Virus record (IMG/VR): IMGVR_UViG_3300008255_000055 | Span: 1-39,585 of that record | Source: a virus | Direction: 5' to 3' (one strand) | Length of the DNA: 39,585 nt | Shown here: positions 19,292-26,218 of the stretch, piece by piece | Numbering within the stretch: position 1 is the stretch's first letter | How the letters are laid out: the number at the start of each line of letters is the position of its first letter | Position numbers and translations under genes: made by a program | Notes under the pieces: model-generated | What the model saw: the letters and a program-made list of their open reading frames with translations, nothing else | Told to the model about the DNA's origin: nothing | Database searches by the model: none

Positions 19292-20272
19292 ATGGAAGAA
19301 AAAACATTTACAGGAGCATTAGAAGATACAAGGTCTGAAGAATTAAAAGCTAAAGACTGGAAAAAAGAAGTTGCATTAGGTAACTTTGTGGAATGGAAAG
19401 AAAAAAAATTTAGTGATGTTCCGAAATATCCAGTTCGTAACCAAGATGGATCAGGTAGTTGCGTAATGCAAACATGTGATCTTATGTGTGGTATTGAAAA
19501 CCTACTTGAAGAAGGAAGGTTTATTGAGTTTTCTGCTGATCTATATAATTACAGAAGCAATGAAGGTGGTGGAATGATAGGAGTAGAAGCATTGGAATTA
19601 CTTAGAAAGAAAGGTTTAACTCTTGAAGTATTATTACCATCAATGAATCTAAATGATACTGGTATTTCTAAACTGGTTCGTCAAGAATCTGATAATCAAA
19701 TAGCAAAGATTTTTACAATTAAAAACTACTATCAATCTTCTTTTGATGTTGATGCTATAGCTACAATAATGGAAAGTGGTAGAGTTGGTAAAAATGCAAA
19801 ACCATTAATGGTATGGTTTCAGTTTCCTAGAGCAGAATGGGATAGTAAACCTGATGTAACAAATTCAAATTATGATATAGTTCGTCATTCAGTTACAGCA
19901 ATAGAGTATGGGATGATGGATGGTGTTAAGGGTATTTTTATACAGGATTCATGGGGATTACATAATTCAACAGAAAATGGATTAAGATTTATATCTGATG
20001 AATATATAAAAGTTAGAATGATATTCTGTGCTTATGTAAATGATAAATTAAATGATTGGCAAGAGCATCCTGAATTTGTCTTTGAAAGAACATTAAAAGT
20101 TGGAATGAAAGGTGAAGATGTTAAAGAACTTCAAAAACTATTAGGAGTATCTGTTGATGGTATTTTTGGAAAACAGACATTATCTGCAGTTGTAAGCTTT
20201 CAAAAATTACATGGGTTATTCATAGATGGTATAGTCGGCCCATCTACATTATCAAAGTTATTAGGTAATTAA
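19292..20272 (+). CDS. endolysin: papain-like (C1-type) cysteine peptidase domain plus C-terminal PG_binding_1 domain
   Basis: Candidate catalytic residues are NQDGSGSCVMQ (Cys), RHSVTAIEYG (His) and IQDSWG (Asn/Asp position). The C-terminus GEDVKELQKLLGVSVDGIFGKQTLSAVVSFQ matches the PG-binding pattern. A holin follows. Confidence 0.65.
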   Translation: MEEKTFTGALEDTRSEELKAKDWKKEVALGNFVEWKEKKFSDVPKYPVRNQDGSGSCVMQTCDLMCGIENLLEEGRFIEFSADLYNYRSNEGGGMIGVEALELLRKKGLTLEVLLPSMNLNDTGISKLVRQESDNQIAKIFTIKNYYQSSFDVDAIATIMESGRVGKNAKPLMVWFQFPRAEWDSKPDVTNSNYDIVRHSVTAIEYGMMDGVKGIFIQDSWGLHNSTENGLRFISDEYIKVRMIFCAYVNDKLNDWQEHPEFVFERTLKVGMKGEDVKELQKLLGVSVDGIFGKQTLSAVVSFQKLHGLFIDGIVGPSTLSKLLGN

Positions 20273-20273
20273 T

Positions 20274-20513
20274 ATGGATATAGCAGTCGTTGTTGTCGTT
20301 GTAGTAGTATTAACTCAATTGTTAAAAGTTGCGTTTCTTATTCCTTCACGTTTTATACCATTAGTTGCTTTAGCTATCGGTGCTGTATTTTATGCTTTAG
20401 CATATTTTACAGGATCAGTTACACTTGATTTTAAAACCATAATGGATGTCCTTGTAGGGATATTATCTGCTATGGGATTATATAGTGGAGCAAAAGCAGT
20501 TGCTGGTAAGTAA
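20274..20513 (+). CDS. holin
   Basis: 79 aa with 2-3 hydrophobic helices, immediately downstream of the endolysin. Resembles Gram-positive phage holins. Confidence 0.65.
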   Translation: MDIAVVVVVVVVLTQLLKVAFLIPSRFIPLVALAIGAVFYALAYFTGSVTLDFKTIMDVLVGILSAMGLYSGAKAVAGK

Positions 20514-20636
20514 TTAAATTAGTTTCAAAATAAGGCCTTTAAATATATACATTTTAATTTGATATTATAAAGACAAACCTTATATGAACATTGGATACTC
20601 TCCTTATCGTCATGTACGACAGGATGGTTGATAGAT

Positions 20637-20666
20637 AAAGATCCCCATTTAGGGGGTTTTTATTTT
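20637..20666 (+). terminator. rho-independent terminator after the lysis cassette
   Basis: Stem (AAAG)ATCCCC / GGGGGT(TTTT), loop ATTTA, then a T-run. Confidence 0.6.
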
Positions 20667-20748
20667 GTATATACATTGTGTGTACATAGTAGTTGAAAAT
20701 TGAAACCACAGTTATACACTATGTAAACTATTGTTTTACTTTCATATT

Positions 20749-20757
20749 TGGTATAAT
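20749..20757 (+). promoter_or_regulatory. extended -10 promoter box TGgTATAAT
   Basis: The same TGGTATAAT box recurs at 34124 and 39347. Here it lies upstream of gene 20816. Confidence 0.5.
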
Positions 20758-20815
20758 TAATATGTGGCAGAAGTAATGCAGATATGAGTTCCTGGGAAGC
20801 ATAAGCCCAGATATT

Positions 20816-21244
20816 ATGTATAAAATACTTAAAATTGCTAGTTTAGTGCTTATATGTTCCCTGTTGGTTATACCCACAAAGCTGATAGCCGAACCTGCAA
20901 AAATAGTTCCAGTAATTATTCCGCAAACAATCCCAGAAAAGATAACTTACTATGCGAATAAATACAATGTTTCAGAAGCAATCATGATACAAATAGTTTC
21001 ATGTGAAACTGCTGGATCATTTAATCCTACAATGCGATCAGAATGTCGTTATAAATTTTCTGATCCTAAAAGAAATATTGTGAAGGGAGAGCAAGAAATG
21101 TCTTACGGACTAGCCCAGATACATCTCCCTGATCATCCTAATGTTACCTATGAACAAGCAACTAATCCTGATTTTGCTCTTAAATTTTTGGCCGAAAATT
21201 TATCTGCAGGAAAAGGAAGTATGTGGTCATGTTATAGGAAATAA
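20816..21244 (+). CDS. secreted Rpf / transglycosylase-like (lysozyme-fold) protein
   Basis: N-terminal signal-like segment, then SCETAG ... YGLAQI ... WSCY, matching the Rpf / transglycosylase-like pattern (CESG, GLxQI, W..C). Confidence 0.55.
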   Translation: MYKILKIASLVLICSLLVIPTKLIAEPAKIVPVIIPQTIPEKITYYANKYNVSEAIMIQIVSCETAGSFNPTMRSECRYKFSDPKRNIVKGEQEMSYGLAQIHLPDHPNVTYEQATNPDFALKFLAENLSAGKGSMWSCYRK

Positions 21245-21253
21245 TCCAATCGT

Positions 21254-21281
21254 AAACACATGTGGTATTGCATGTGTTTTT
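21254..21281 (+). terminator. rho-independent terminator
   Basis: Stem AAACACATG/CATGTGTTT, 8-nt loop, then a T-run. Confidence 0.7.
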
Positions 21282-21290
21282 ACGTAAGAG

Positions 21291-21296
21291 TATAAT
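21291..21296 (+). promoter_or_regulatory. -10-like TATAAT box ahead of the tRNA cluster
   Basis: gagTATAATtata shares the TATAATTATA core seen at the other boxes. Confidence 0.4.
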
Positions 21297-21377
21297 TATA
21301 ATGTACCTTAGCAATATGCAAGGAATGAGAGATTTGGTAATTTCTTACTGTAATTCCTATAAAATAATCTCTCATAT

Positions 21378-21448
21378 TGCGGTTTAGTGTAATAGCAGCA
21401 CGTGTGGCCCATAACCACAAAGAACTTGTGCAAATCAAGAAATCGCAA
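21378..21448 (+). tRNA. tRNA with CAU anticodon (Met or Ile2-type), atypical (C33, G55)
   Basis: Hand-folded cloverleaf: acceptor TGCGGTT/AATCGCA, D stem GTGT/GCAC, anticodon stem TGTGG/CCACA, loop CCCATAA. The T arm has only 4 bp with loop TGCAAAT. Confidence 0.55.
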
Positions 21449-21452
21449 CATT

Positions 21453-21523
21453 TTCCAGGTCGTCTAACGATAGGACATCAGGTTTTGATCCTGAGAATCG
21501 TGGTTTGAATCCATGCCTGGAAA
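21453..21523 (+). tRNA. tRNA-Gln (UUG)
   Basis: Acceptor TTCCAGG/CCTGGAA (U1-A72), D stem GTCT/GGAC, anticodon stem TCAGG/CCTGA, loop TTTTGAT, T arm CGTGG-TTTGAAT-CCATG. Confidence 0.75.
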
Positions 21524-21526
21524 CAT

Positions 21527-21598
21527 GGGGAATATGGTGTAGTGGTAGCACGTCTCGCTGTGAACGAGTTAGGGATAGTTCAATTCTATCTTTTCCCC
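21527..21598 (+). tRNA. tRNA-His (GUG) with genome-encoded G-1 opposite C73
   Basis: An extra 5' G precedes acceptor GGGAATA/TTTTCCC. D loop AGTGGTA, anticodon loop CTGTGAA, T arm GATAG-TTCAATT-CTATC, discriminator C. Confidence 0.85.
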
Positions 21599-21627
21599 CA
21601 AATAAACTGTTCTTTAAACAATAAGTT

Positions 21628-21825
21628 ATGTCTAAAAATCGCCATCACAGAAAGTGTAAGATTAATGGTGGATCTAACACTAAGAGAAACATCTCTATTG
21701 TAAAAAAAACTGAACACCAGCTTTTCCATGCTTTTTTTGGTACTTTAGATACCTTTGGTATCGCACAGAAGTTAAATGAAACATGGGTTGATCCTTCGTT
21801 TAAACTAATTGTAGTTAAACGCTAA
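21628..21825 (+). CDS. small His-rich protein, possibly HNH-like
   Basis: 65 aa with RHHRKCKINGGSN...N...H..FH pattern. Weak call. Confidence 0.3.
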   Translation: MSKNRHHRKCKINGGSNTKRNISIVKKTEHQLFHAFFGTLDTFGIAQKLNETWVDPSFKLIVVKR

Positions 21826-21831
21826 CAATTT

Positions 21832-21860
21832 AAAAAGAGTAGCAATACTCTTTTTATTTA
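21832..21860 (+). terminator. rho-independent terminator
   Basis: 10-bp stem AAAAAGAGTA/TACTCTTTTT, GCAA loop, then a T-run. Confidence 0.75.
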
Positions 21861-21908
21861 TTTCAATAGTTATTCACATATTTACTATACTCAAATAATA
21901 TTTTGTAG

Positions 21909-21914
21909 TATAAT
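21909..21914 (+). promoter_or_regulatory. -10-like TATAAT box 7 nt upstream of the ATG at 21922 (leaderless-type), at the head of the early/replication operon
   Basis: gTATAATatatagtATGG follows the terminator at 21832-21860. Confidence 0.4.
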
Positions 21915-21921
21915 ATATAGT

Positions 21922-22110
21922 ATGGAGTTAGATCAAAAAATATTAATAAATTTACAACGTGAAATAAATTTTTTAATCATTAAAAATGATCTTATTCGTC
22001 TCCCAAAAATATTTTTATTATTACAAGATTATCTTCGTTTAAATAATATAAGCGAAAGTGATCTTAAAAAACTAATTAAACTCTCCATTAAACATGGTGG
22101 GAAATTTTAA
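21922..22110 (+). CDS. hypothetical protein (62 aa)
   Basis: First ORF of the early block. Confidence 0.45.
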   Translation: MELDQKILINLQREINFLIIKNDLIRLPKIFLLLQDYLRLNNISESDLKKLIKLSIKHGGKF

Positions 22111-22113
22111 TAT

Positions 22114-23115
22114 ATGATAAACAAAGGTCAAATAGTTAAAAACTACATTAAAAAGTTTATAAATACTCCAAGTACAAGCATAGCAAAAAAGATATATGCT
22201 GAAAATTCAGATCTATTTAAAGATGCTGAAGAAGCTAGAACAATGATTAGATATTATCGTGGGGTACGTGGTAAGGTATCTCGTAAATCTAAATTAAATA
22301 AAGATATACATATTACTCCAGGGAAATTTGAAAACTTTTACAATCTTCCAAAATCAGATGCCACAAAACCAAAGAGATTTATATTGCCTGCAAAAAATAA
22401 TAACATTCTAGTCTTATCAGATTTACATATTCCATACCATGATGTTCAAGCTATTTCACAAGCCATCAAATATGGCCAGGAAAATAAAATAAATACCATA
22501 ATTATAAATGGTGATCTCATAGACTTCTTTATGATTTCACGTTTTACAAATGTTGAACGTAAAAGAAGTGTTGGTGATGAATTAGAAATTACTAGAGAAT
22601 TTTTAACAGTTTTAAATAATGCATTTCCAAAAGTTCCTATTTACTTCCTATTAGGAAATCATGATACAAGACTTGAAAAATATCTAGCAGTAAAAGCTCC
22701 TGAACTTTTAGATGTAGAAGAATTTCAGCTTGAAACTTTATTGCACAGTAAGGAGCATAATATGCAAGTTTTTAATACAACAACAATTTTAAAAGCTGGT
22801 AAGTTGGATATTATCCATGGAGATCTGCTGCTTCGTGGAATGTTTGCACCTGTGAACCCAGCAAGGGGTGCTTTCCTAAAAGCTAAAGCTAGTGTACTTG
22901 TTGCACATACTCATAAAGTTTCAACTCATTCAGAAGTTACAATTAATGGAAAAGTTATAACTTGTTATTCTTCAGGATGTCTTTGTGAATTGAATCCTAG
23001 TTATTCACCTTATACAAATAATTACTCTCATGGTTTTGCTCATGTTCAGGTCGGTAGCAATGGGCATTATAAAGTAAAAAATCTCCAACTAATAGCAGGA
23101 GAATTTATAAATTAA
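22114..23115 (+). CDS. calcineurin-like metallophosphoesterase
   Basis: Motifs DLHIPYHD, NGDLIDF, GNHD, HGD and AHTH occur in canonical order. Confidence 0.75.
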   Translation: MINKGQIVKNYIKKFINTPSTSIAKKIYAENSDLFKDAEEARTMIRYYRGVRGKVSRKSKLNKDIHITPGKFENFYNLPKSDATKPKRFILPAKNNNILVLSDLHIPYHDVQAISQAIKYGQENKINTIIINGDLIDFFMISRFTNVERKRSVGDELEITREFLTVLNNAFPKVPIYFLLGNHDTRLEKYLAVKAPELLDVEEFQLETLLHSKEHNMQVFNTTTILKAGKLDIIHGDLLLRGMFAPVNPARGAFLKAKASVLVAHTHKVSTHSEVTINGKVITCYSSGCLCELNPSYSPYTNNYSHGFAHVQVGSNGHYKVKNLQLIAGEFIN

Positions 23116-23117
23116 TT

Positions 23118-23291
23118 ATGATATGTCAAACTTGTAATAGCGATTGTCATGCACAATATTTTAATAGGACTACAAAGAAAGCTGAATGTGAGAATTGTAC
23201 CCCTTATTTAAATGAAGATATAGCTTCAAATAGGCCCAGGAAGGCTAAAAATAGCTCAAAATGGCCCAGGAAGGCCACTAAAACATTATAA
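23118..23291 (+). CDS. small Zn-ribbon-like protein (57 aa), not in the ORF track
   Basis: Hand translation gives MICQTCNSDCH...CENC...NRPRKAKNSSKWPRKATKTL. It fills the 23116-23308 gap and contains a 13-bp direct repeat GGCCCAGGAAGGC x2. Confidence 0.45.
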   Translation: MICQTCNSDCHAQYFNRTTKKAECENCTPYLNEDIASNRPRKAKNSSKWPRKATKTL

Positions 23292-23308
23292 ATGATAACT
23301 TATCCATT

Positions 23309-23647
23309 ATGGCAAAAAACATCAAAATTTTAACAGCAGAAGAACGCAAAAGAACTCCAGTCTTTAGTGGTGTTCTAAAATATTTTCCATTGGCAATTAT
23401 GGAAGTCTCTAGGGTTTCATTGGCTGGAAATGAACAACATCATAAAGGAGAACCATTGTGGTGGGATAAGAGCAAGTCTGTAGATGAAGAAGATGCAGGT
23501 ACTCGCCATTTAATTGAACATGGAATGGGAATTAAATTTGATACTGATGGCCAAAGACATTTGGCAAAATATGCGTGGAGAGCATTAGCAGCATTAGAAC
23601 GTGAACTTGAAAAAGAACATGAACATTCCAACAAAACAAAAATATGA
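23309..23647 (+). CDS. DUF5664-like / dATP-dGTP diphosphohydrolase N-terminal-like all-alpha NTP-PPase candidate
   Basis: The pattern ...PLAIMEVSRVSLAGNEQH...RHLIEH...HLAKYAWRALAALE resembles that family as I recall it. Confidence 0.4.
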   Translation: MAKNIKILTAEERKRTPVFSGVLKYFPLAIMEVSRVSLAGNEQHHKGEPLWWDKSKSVDEEDAGTRHLIEHGMGIKFDTDGQRHLAKYAWRALAALERELEKEHEHSNKTKI

Positions 23648-24047
23648 TATTAAATTTGATTTAGTTAGAATTTATGGAAGCAGGTGTTATTACTGTGATC
23701 GTTATTTTTATATTGGAAAACTTACTCTTGATCACATATACCCACAATCAAAAACAGATAGAAAGAAAACAAATGTTGGAACGTGTGTACTCGCATGCTA
23801 TCCATGCAATTTAAGAAAGGGCAATCGTATAATATCAATAGAAGAATTTAGAAAAGAAGTAATGGGTGATAAATATTATCAGATGGATGATAGATTTTAT
23901 GTCGCAAGTAATAAACCTTATAAAAGTAAAAAACGCAAATATAGAAAAGGAGAAGAATTTGCACACAATGTAGTGTACCCAAAGAATCCAATAGTTAAAC
24001 ACAAAATGACACTTAAAGAATTATTAAGAAAATTTAAAATTATATGA
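23601..24047 (+). CDS. HNH endonuclease
   Basis: CYYCD...LDHIYPQSK...CYPCNLRKGN. The start may be the ATG at 23619. Confidence 0.65.
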   Translation: MNLKKNMNIPTKQKYDIKFDLVRIYGSRCYYCDRYFYIGKLTLDHIYPQSKTDRKKTNVGTCVLACYPCNLRKGNRIISIEEFRKEVMGDKYYQMDDRFYVASNKPYKSKKRKYRKGEEFAHNVVYPKNPIVKHKMTLKELLRKFKII

Positions 24048-24532
24048 AACAATCTTGGATAACAAAAATACCACAAGGATCTCATGGTAGTAATATCATG
24101 CAAAAAAGATACTGGAAAGTTGTATCTGATTCTGTTCGTATTCGTGATTGGTATAAATATAAAAAATGTATTGCGTGCAATAAATATGTTTCTAGTTGGG
24201 AGTATTTACAGGGTGGTCATTATCGTTCGTGGTCAGTATGTCGTGGTTATTCTAAATGGGATAAGTTAAATATCTTTGGAGAATGTCCTATCTGTAATAC
24301 TGGATTTAATGGAAATGAAGTAGGTGCTATGTTTAAAGAAGGAATTATAAAAAGATATGGCCAAGAAAGGATAGATTATATCAATAAATTATCTAGCTAT
24401 CCAAGTGAGAAAATGGATGATATAATTATAGAACAAAGAATCAGAAAGGAGATATTAGAAATGGCTAAACTCCCTGATCAACCTGATTATTATTTTAAGG
24501 TTATCAAAGATCCAACATGGTCAATGCAATAA
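24044..24532 (+). CDS. NinG/Rap-like recombination endonuclease
   Basis: C..C ... QGGH ... R ... N..GECPICN..FNGN pattern typical of lambda NinG-family proteins. Confidence 0.5.
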   Translation: MKQSWITKIPQGSHGSNIMQKRYWKVVSDSVRIRDWYKYKKCIACNKYVSSWEYLQGGHYRSWSVCRGYSKWDKLNIFGECPICNTGFNGNEVGAMFKEGIIKRYGQERIDYINKLSSYPSEKMDDIIIEQRIRKEILEMAKLPDQPDYYFKVIKDPTWSMQ

Positions 24533-24711
24533 AACTTAAAGAAAATTATAGAAGGGCCAAGAAGGTAGAAAAAATTATACGTCTATCCTACGATAGTTTA
24601 GAATCCCATCTACCTTACACACACTTAAAGACTTCTGAAGGTACGAAATTTCACAAAGATGCAATACTGCAGTACATAGAAATTATTAATTTAGCTAAAG
24701 ACTTATGGTAA
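24517..24711 (+). CDS. hypothetical protein (64 aa)
   Basis: ORF overlap-coupled to its neighbours. Confidence 0.4.
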   Translation: MVNAIKLKENYRRAKKVEKIIRLSYDSLESHLPYTHLKTSEGTKFHKDAILQYIEIINLAKDLW

Positions 24712-24920
24712 AAATATTATTTTTAGATATAGATGGGGTATGTAATAGCAAAGATACCTTTACAAAAGAACCAAATGCTCATTTTCCCATTGATAATTAT
24801 ATGGCTTTTCTAGTTGGTAAAATACAATTAGATACTGGATGTGAAATTGTGCTATCATCATCCTGGAGACATCACAAAGAAAGTGTAGAATTTTTAGAAA
24901 AAAAGTTTGGTAAATTTTAA
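24705..24920 (+). CDS. HAD-like phosphatase N-terminal fragment (71 aa)
   Basis: ILFLDIDGVCNS and VLSSSWRH motifs are present. The ORF stops well short of a full HAD core. Confidence 0.4.
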   Translation: MVKILFLDIDGVCNSKDTFTKEPNAHFPIDNYMAFLVGKIQLDTGCEIVLSSSWRHHKESVEFLEKKFGKF

Positions 24921-24936
24921 TGTGGTAAAAAAGAAT

Positions 24937-25104
24937 ATGATCTTAAAGACATGTAGAAGAAGGGGATGCCAAAAGAAATGTATGCTACCTGCATGGGTAT
25001 ATTGTTCTGATGATTGCCATAGACTAGAAAATAATAGAAAAGTTATGGAGAAAAAAGTTATTAACAGTAAGAAACTTGCAATTAAAAAAGATAGTATTGT
25101 ATAA
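24937..25104 (+). CDS. small Cys-rich protein
   Basis: CRRRGCQKKC...CSDDCH. The start is ambiguous: TTG 24907, GTG 24922 or ATG 24937. Confidence 0.35.
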   Translation: MILKTCRRRGCQKKCMLPAWVYCSDDCHRLENNRKVMEKKVINSKKLAIKKDSIV

Positions 25105-25107
25105 TGT

Positions 25108-25191
25108 ATTTGTGATAGTCGTTTATCACAAATTATTAACCCTTATGTTCTATCGCATCACTATCTTCATAAGGGGTAGTGAGCCGATAGA
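25108..25191 (+). promoter_or_regulatory. cluster of inverted repeats capable of forming an H-type pseudoknot just upstream of the replication-organizer gene
   Basis: Hairpin 25108-17/25124-33. S1 is CCCTTATG (25140-47) / CATAAGGG (25168-75). S2 is TCTATCG (25149-55, inside the S1 loop) / CGATAGA (25185-91). Confidence 0.45.
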
Positions 25192-25199
25192 AAAAATTT

Positions 25200-26006
25200 A
25201 TGGCTAACAATAAACAAAGATATATTAATACACGTCTTTGGAATGACAGCTATGTTTCTAGGCTAGATCCAATAGAAAAATTATTGTTCATATACTCACT
25301 CACAAATGAGCATACGAATATTAGCGGTATGTATGAAGTACCACTTAAAATAATTGCTATTGAAACAGGTATTGACGTATCAATGCTTGAAAAAATGTTT
25401 GTAAGATTGCAGGATAAAATCAACTATGTTGATGGTTTTATTATTATTAAAAACTTTGTTAAACACCAGGAGACAGATAGTTTAAATGTTAAGAAAGGAA
25501 TTTTAAATTGTCTAAAAGAAATAGATCTTAATTTTGTAAAAAGAGTTATAGAACAAGGATATTATGTACTTCCATCATTTTATTTAGATACCCTATGTAT
25601 ACCCTATACACAGGGCCAGAACTATTTAGATTCTAATTCTAATTTAGATTCTATAAATACACCTATCAAAAAAGAAAAGAAAGAAGAAATTCAACTACCA
25701 AATTGGTTAAATGTAAAAGCATGGGAAGCATGGTTACAATACAAAAAAGAAAGGAAACAAAAAATGACACCATCTATTATTAAATTTCAGTTAAATGTTT
25801 TAGAGAAGAATCAACAAGATCATACTCAAATAATTAAGAACTCCATAACTAATGGATGGACTGGATTATTTGCTTTAAAGAAAGATGGGTTTGTACAAAA
25901 AACTCCACCACGATTTGTACAACCAAATACATCTAAAGAAGATAATGATCGTAGAAATGAATTATTAAAACAGTCGGAAGGATTAGTAAAAAAATTCCAA
26001 GTATAA
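25200..26006 (+). CDS. phage replisome organizer / DnaD-like replication initiation protein
   Basis: The N-terminus RYINTRLWNDSYVSRLDPIEKLLFIYSLTNEHTNISGMYEV resembles the phage replisome-organizer N-terminal domain. Confidence 0.55.
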   Translation: MANNKQRYINTRLWNDSYVSRLDPIEKLLFIYSLTNEHTNISGMYEVPLKIIAIETGIDVSMLEKMFVRLQDKINYVDGFIIIKNFVKHQETDSLNVKKGILNCLKEIDLNFVKRVIEQGYYVLPSFYLDTLCIPYTQGQNYLDSNSNLDSINTPIKKEKKEEIQLPNWLNVKAWEAWLQYKKERKQKMTPSIIKFQLNVLEKNQQDHTQIIKNSITNGWTGLFALKKDGFVQKTPPRFVQPNTSKEDNDRRNELLKQSEGLVKKFQV

Positions 26007-26010
26007 TTTT

Positions 26011-26217
26011 ATGAAAAAAGATAAAACAGAAATAGAAAATAAATTAGAATGGAGTAAAAAAGAAAATTTACCTAAACAATGGCAGTGGAATTTACATGGT
26101 TTATTTTTTCCAGTATCTTATATTTTAACACTTGTGGGAGTAATGATATTAAACCTATCTAATGTTTTAATGTTTGATACACATCATTTAGATATTAAAG
26201 TAACTCCTAAAAAATAA
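26011..26217 (+). CDS. small membrane protein
   Basis: 68 aa with one hydrophobic helix (FFPVSYILTLVGVMILNL). Confidence 0.4.
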   Translation: MKKDKTEIENKLEWSKKENLPKQWQWNLHGLFFPVSYILTLVGVMILNLSNVLMFDTHHLDIKVTPKK

Positions 26218-26218
26218 T

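Noticed and set aside
20570-20640. GGATACTCTCCTTA resembling the 16S rRNA 3' tail (anti-SD mimic sRNA)
   Set aside because: It matches 11 of 14 positions, with no supporting secondary structure or clear promoter. In a genome that does not use SD motifs the idea has little rationale, so it is probably chance.
21307-21380. The structured leader upstream of the first tRNA as a fourth (possibly suppressor) tRNA
   Set aside because: It has a 7-bp acceptor-like pairing and is about 70 nt long, but no T arm can be formed. The only anticodon-like loop is 9 nt with no convincing CUA or UUA placement.
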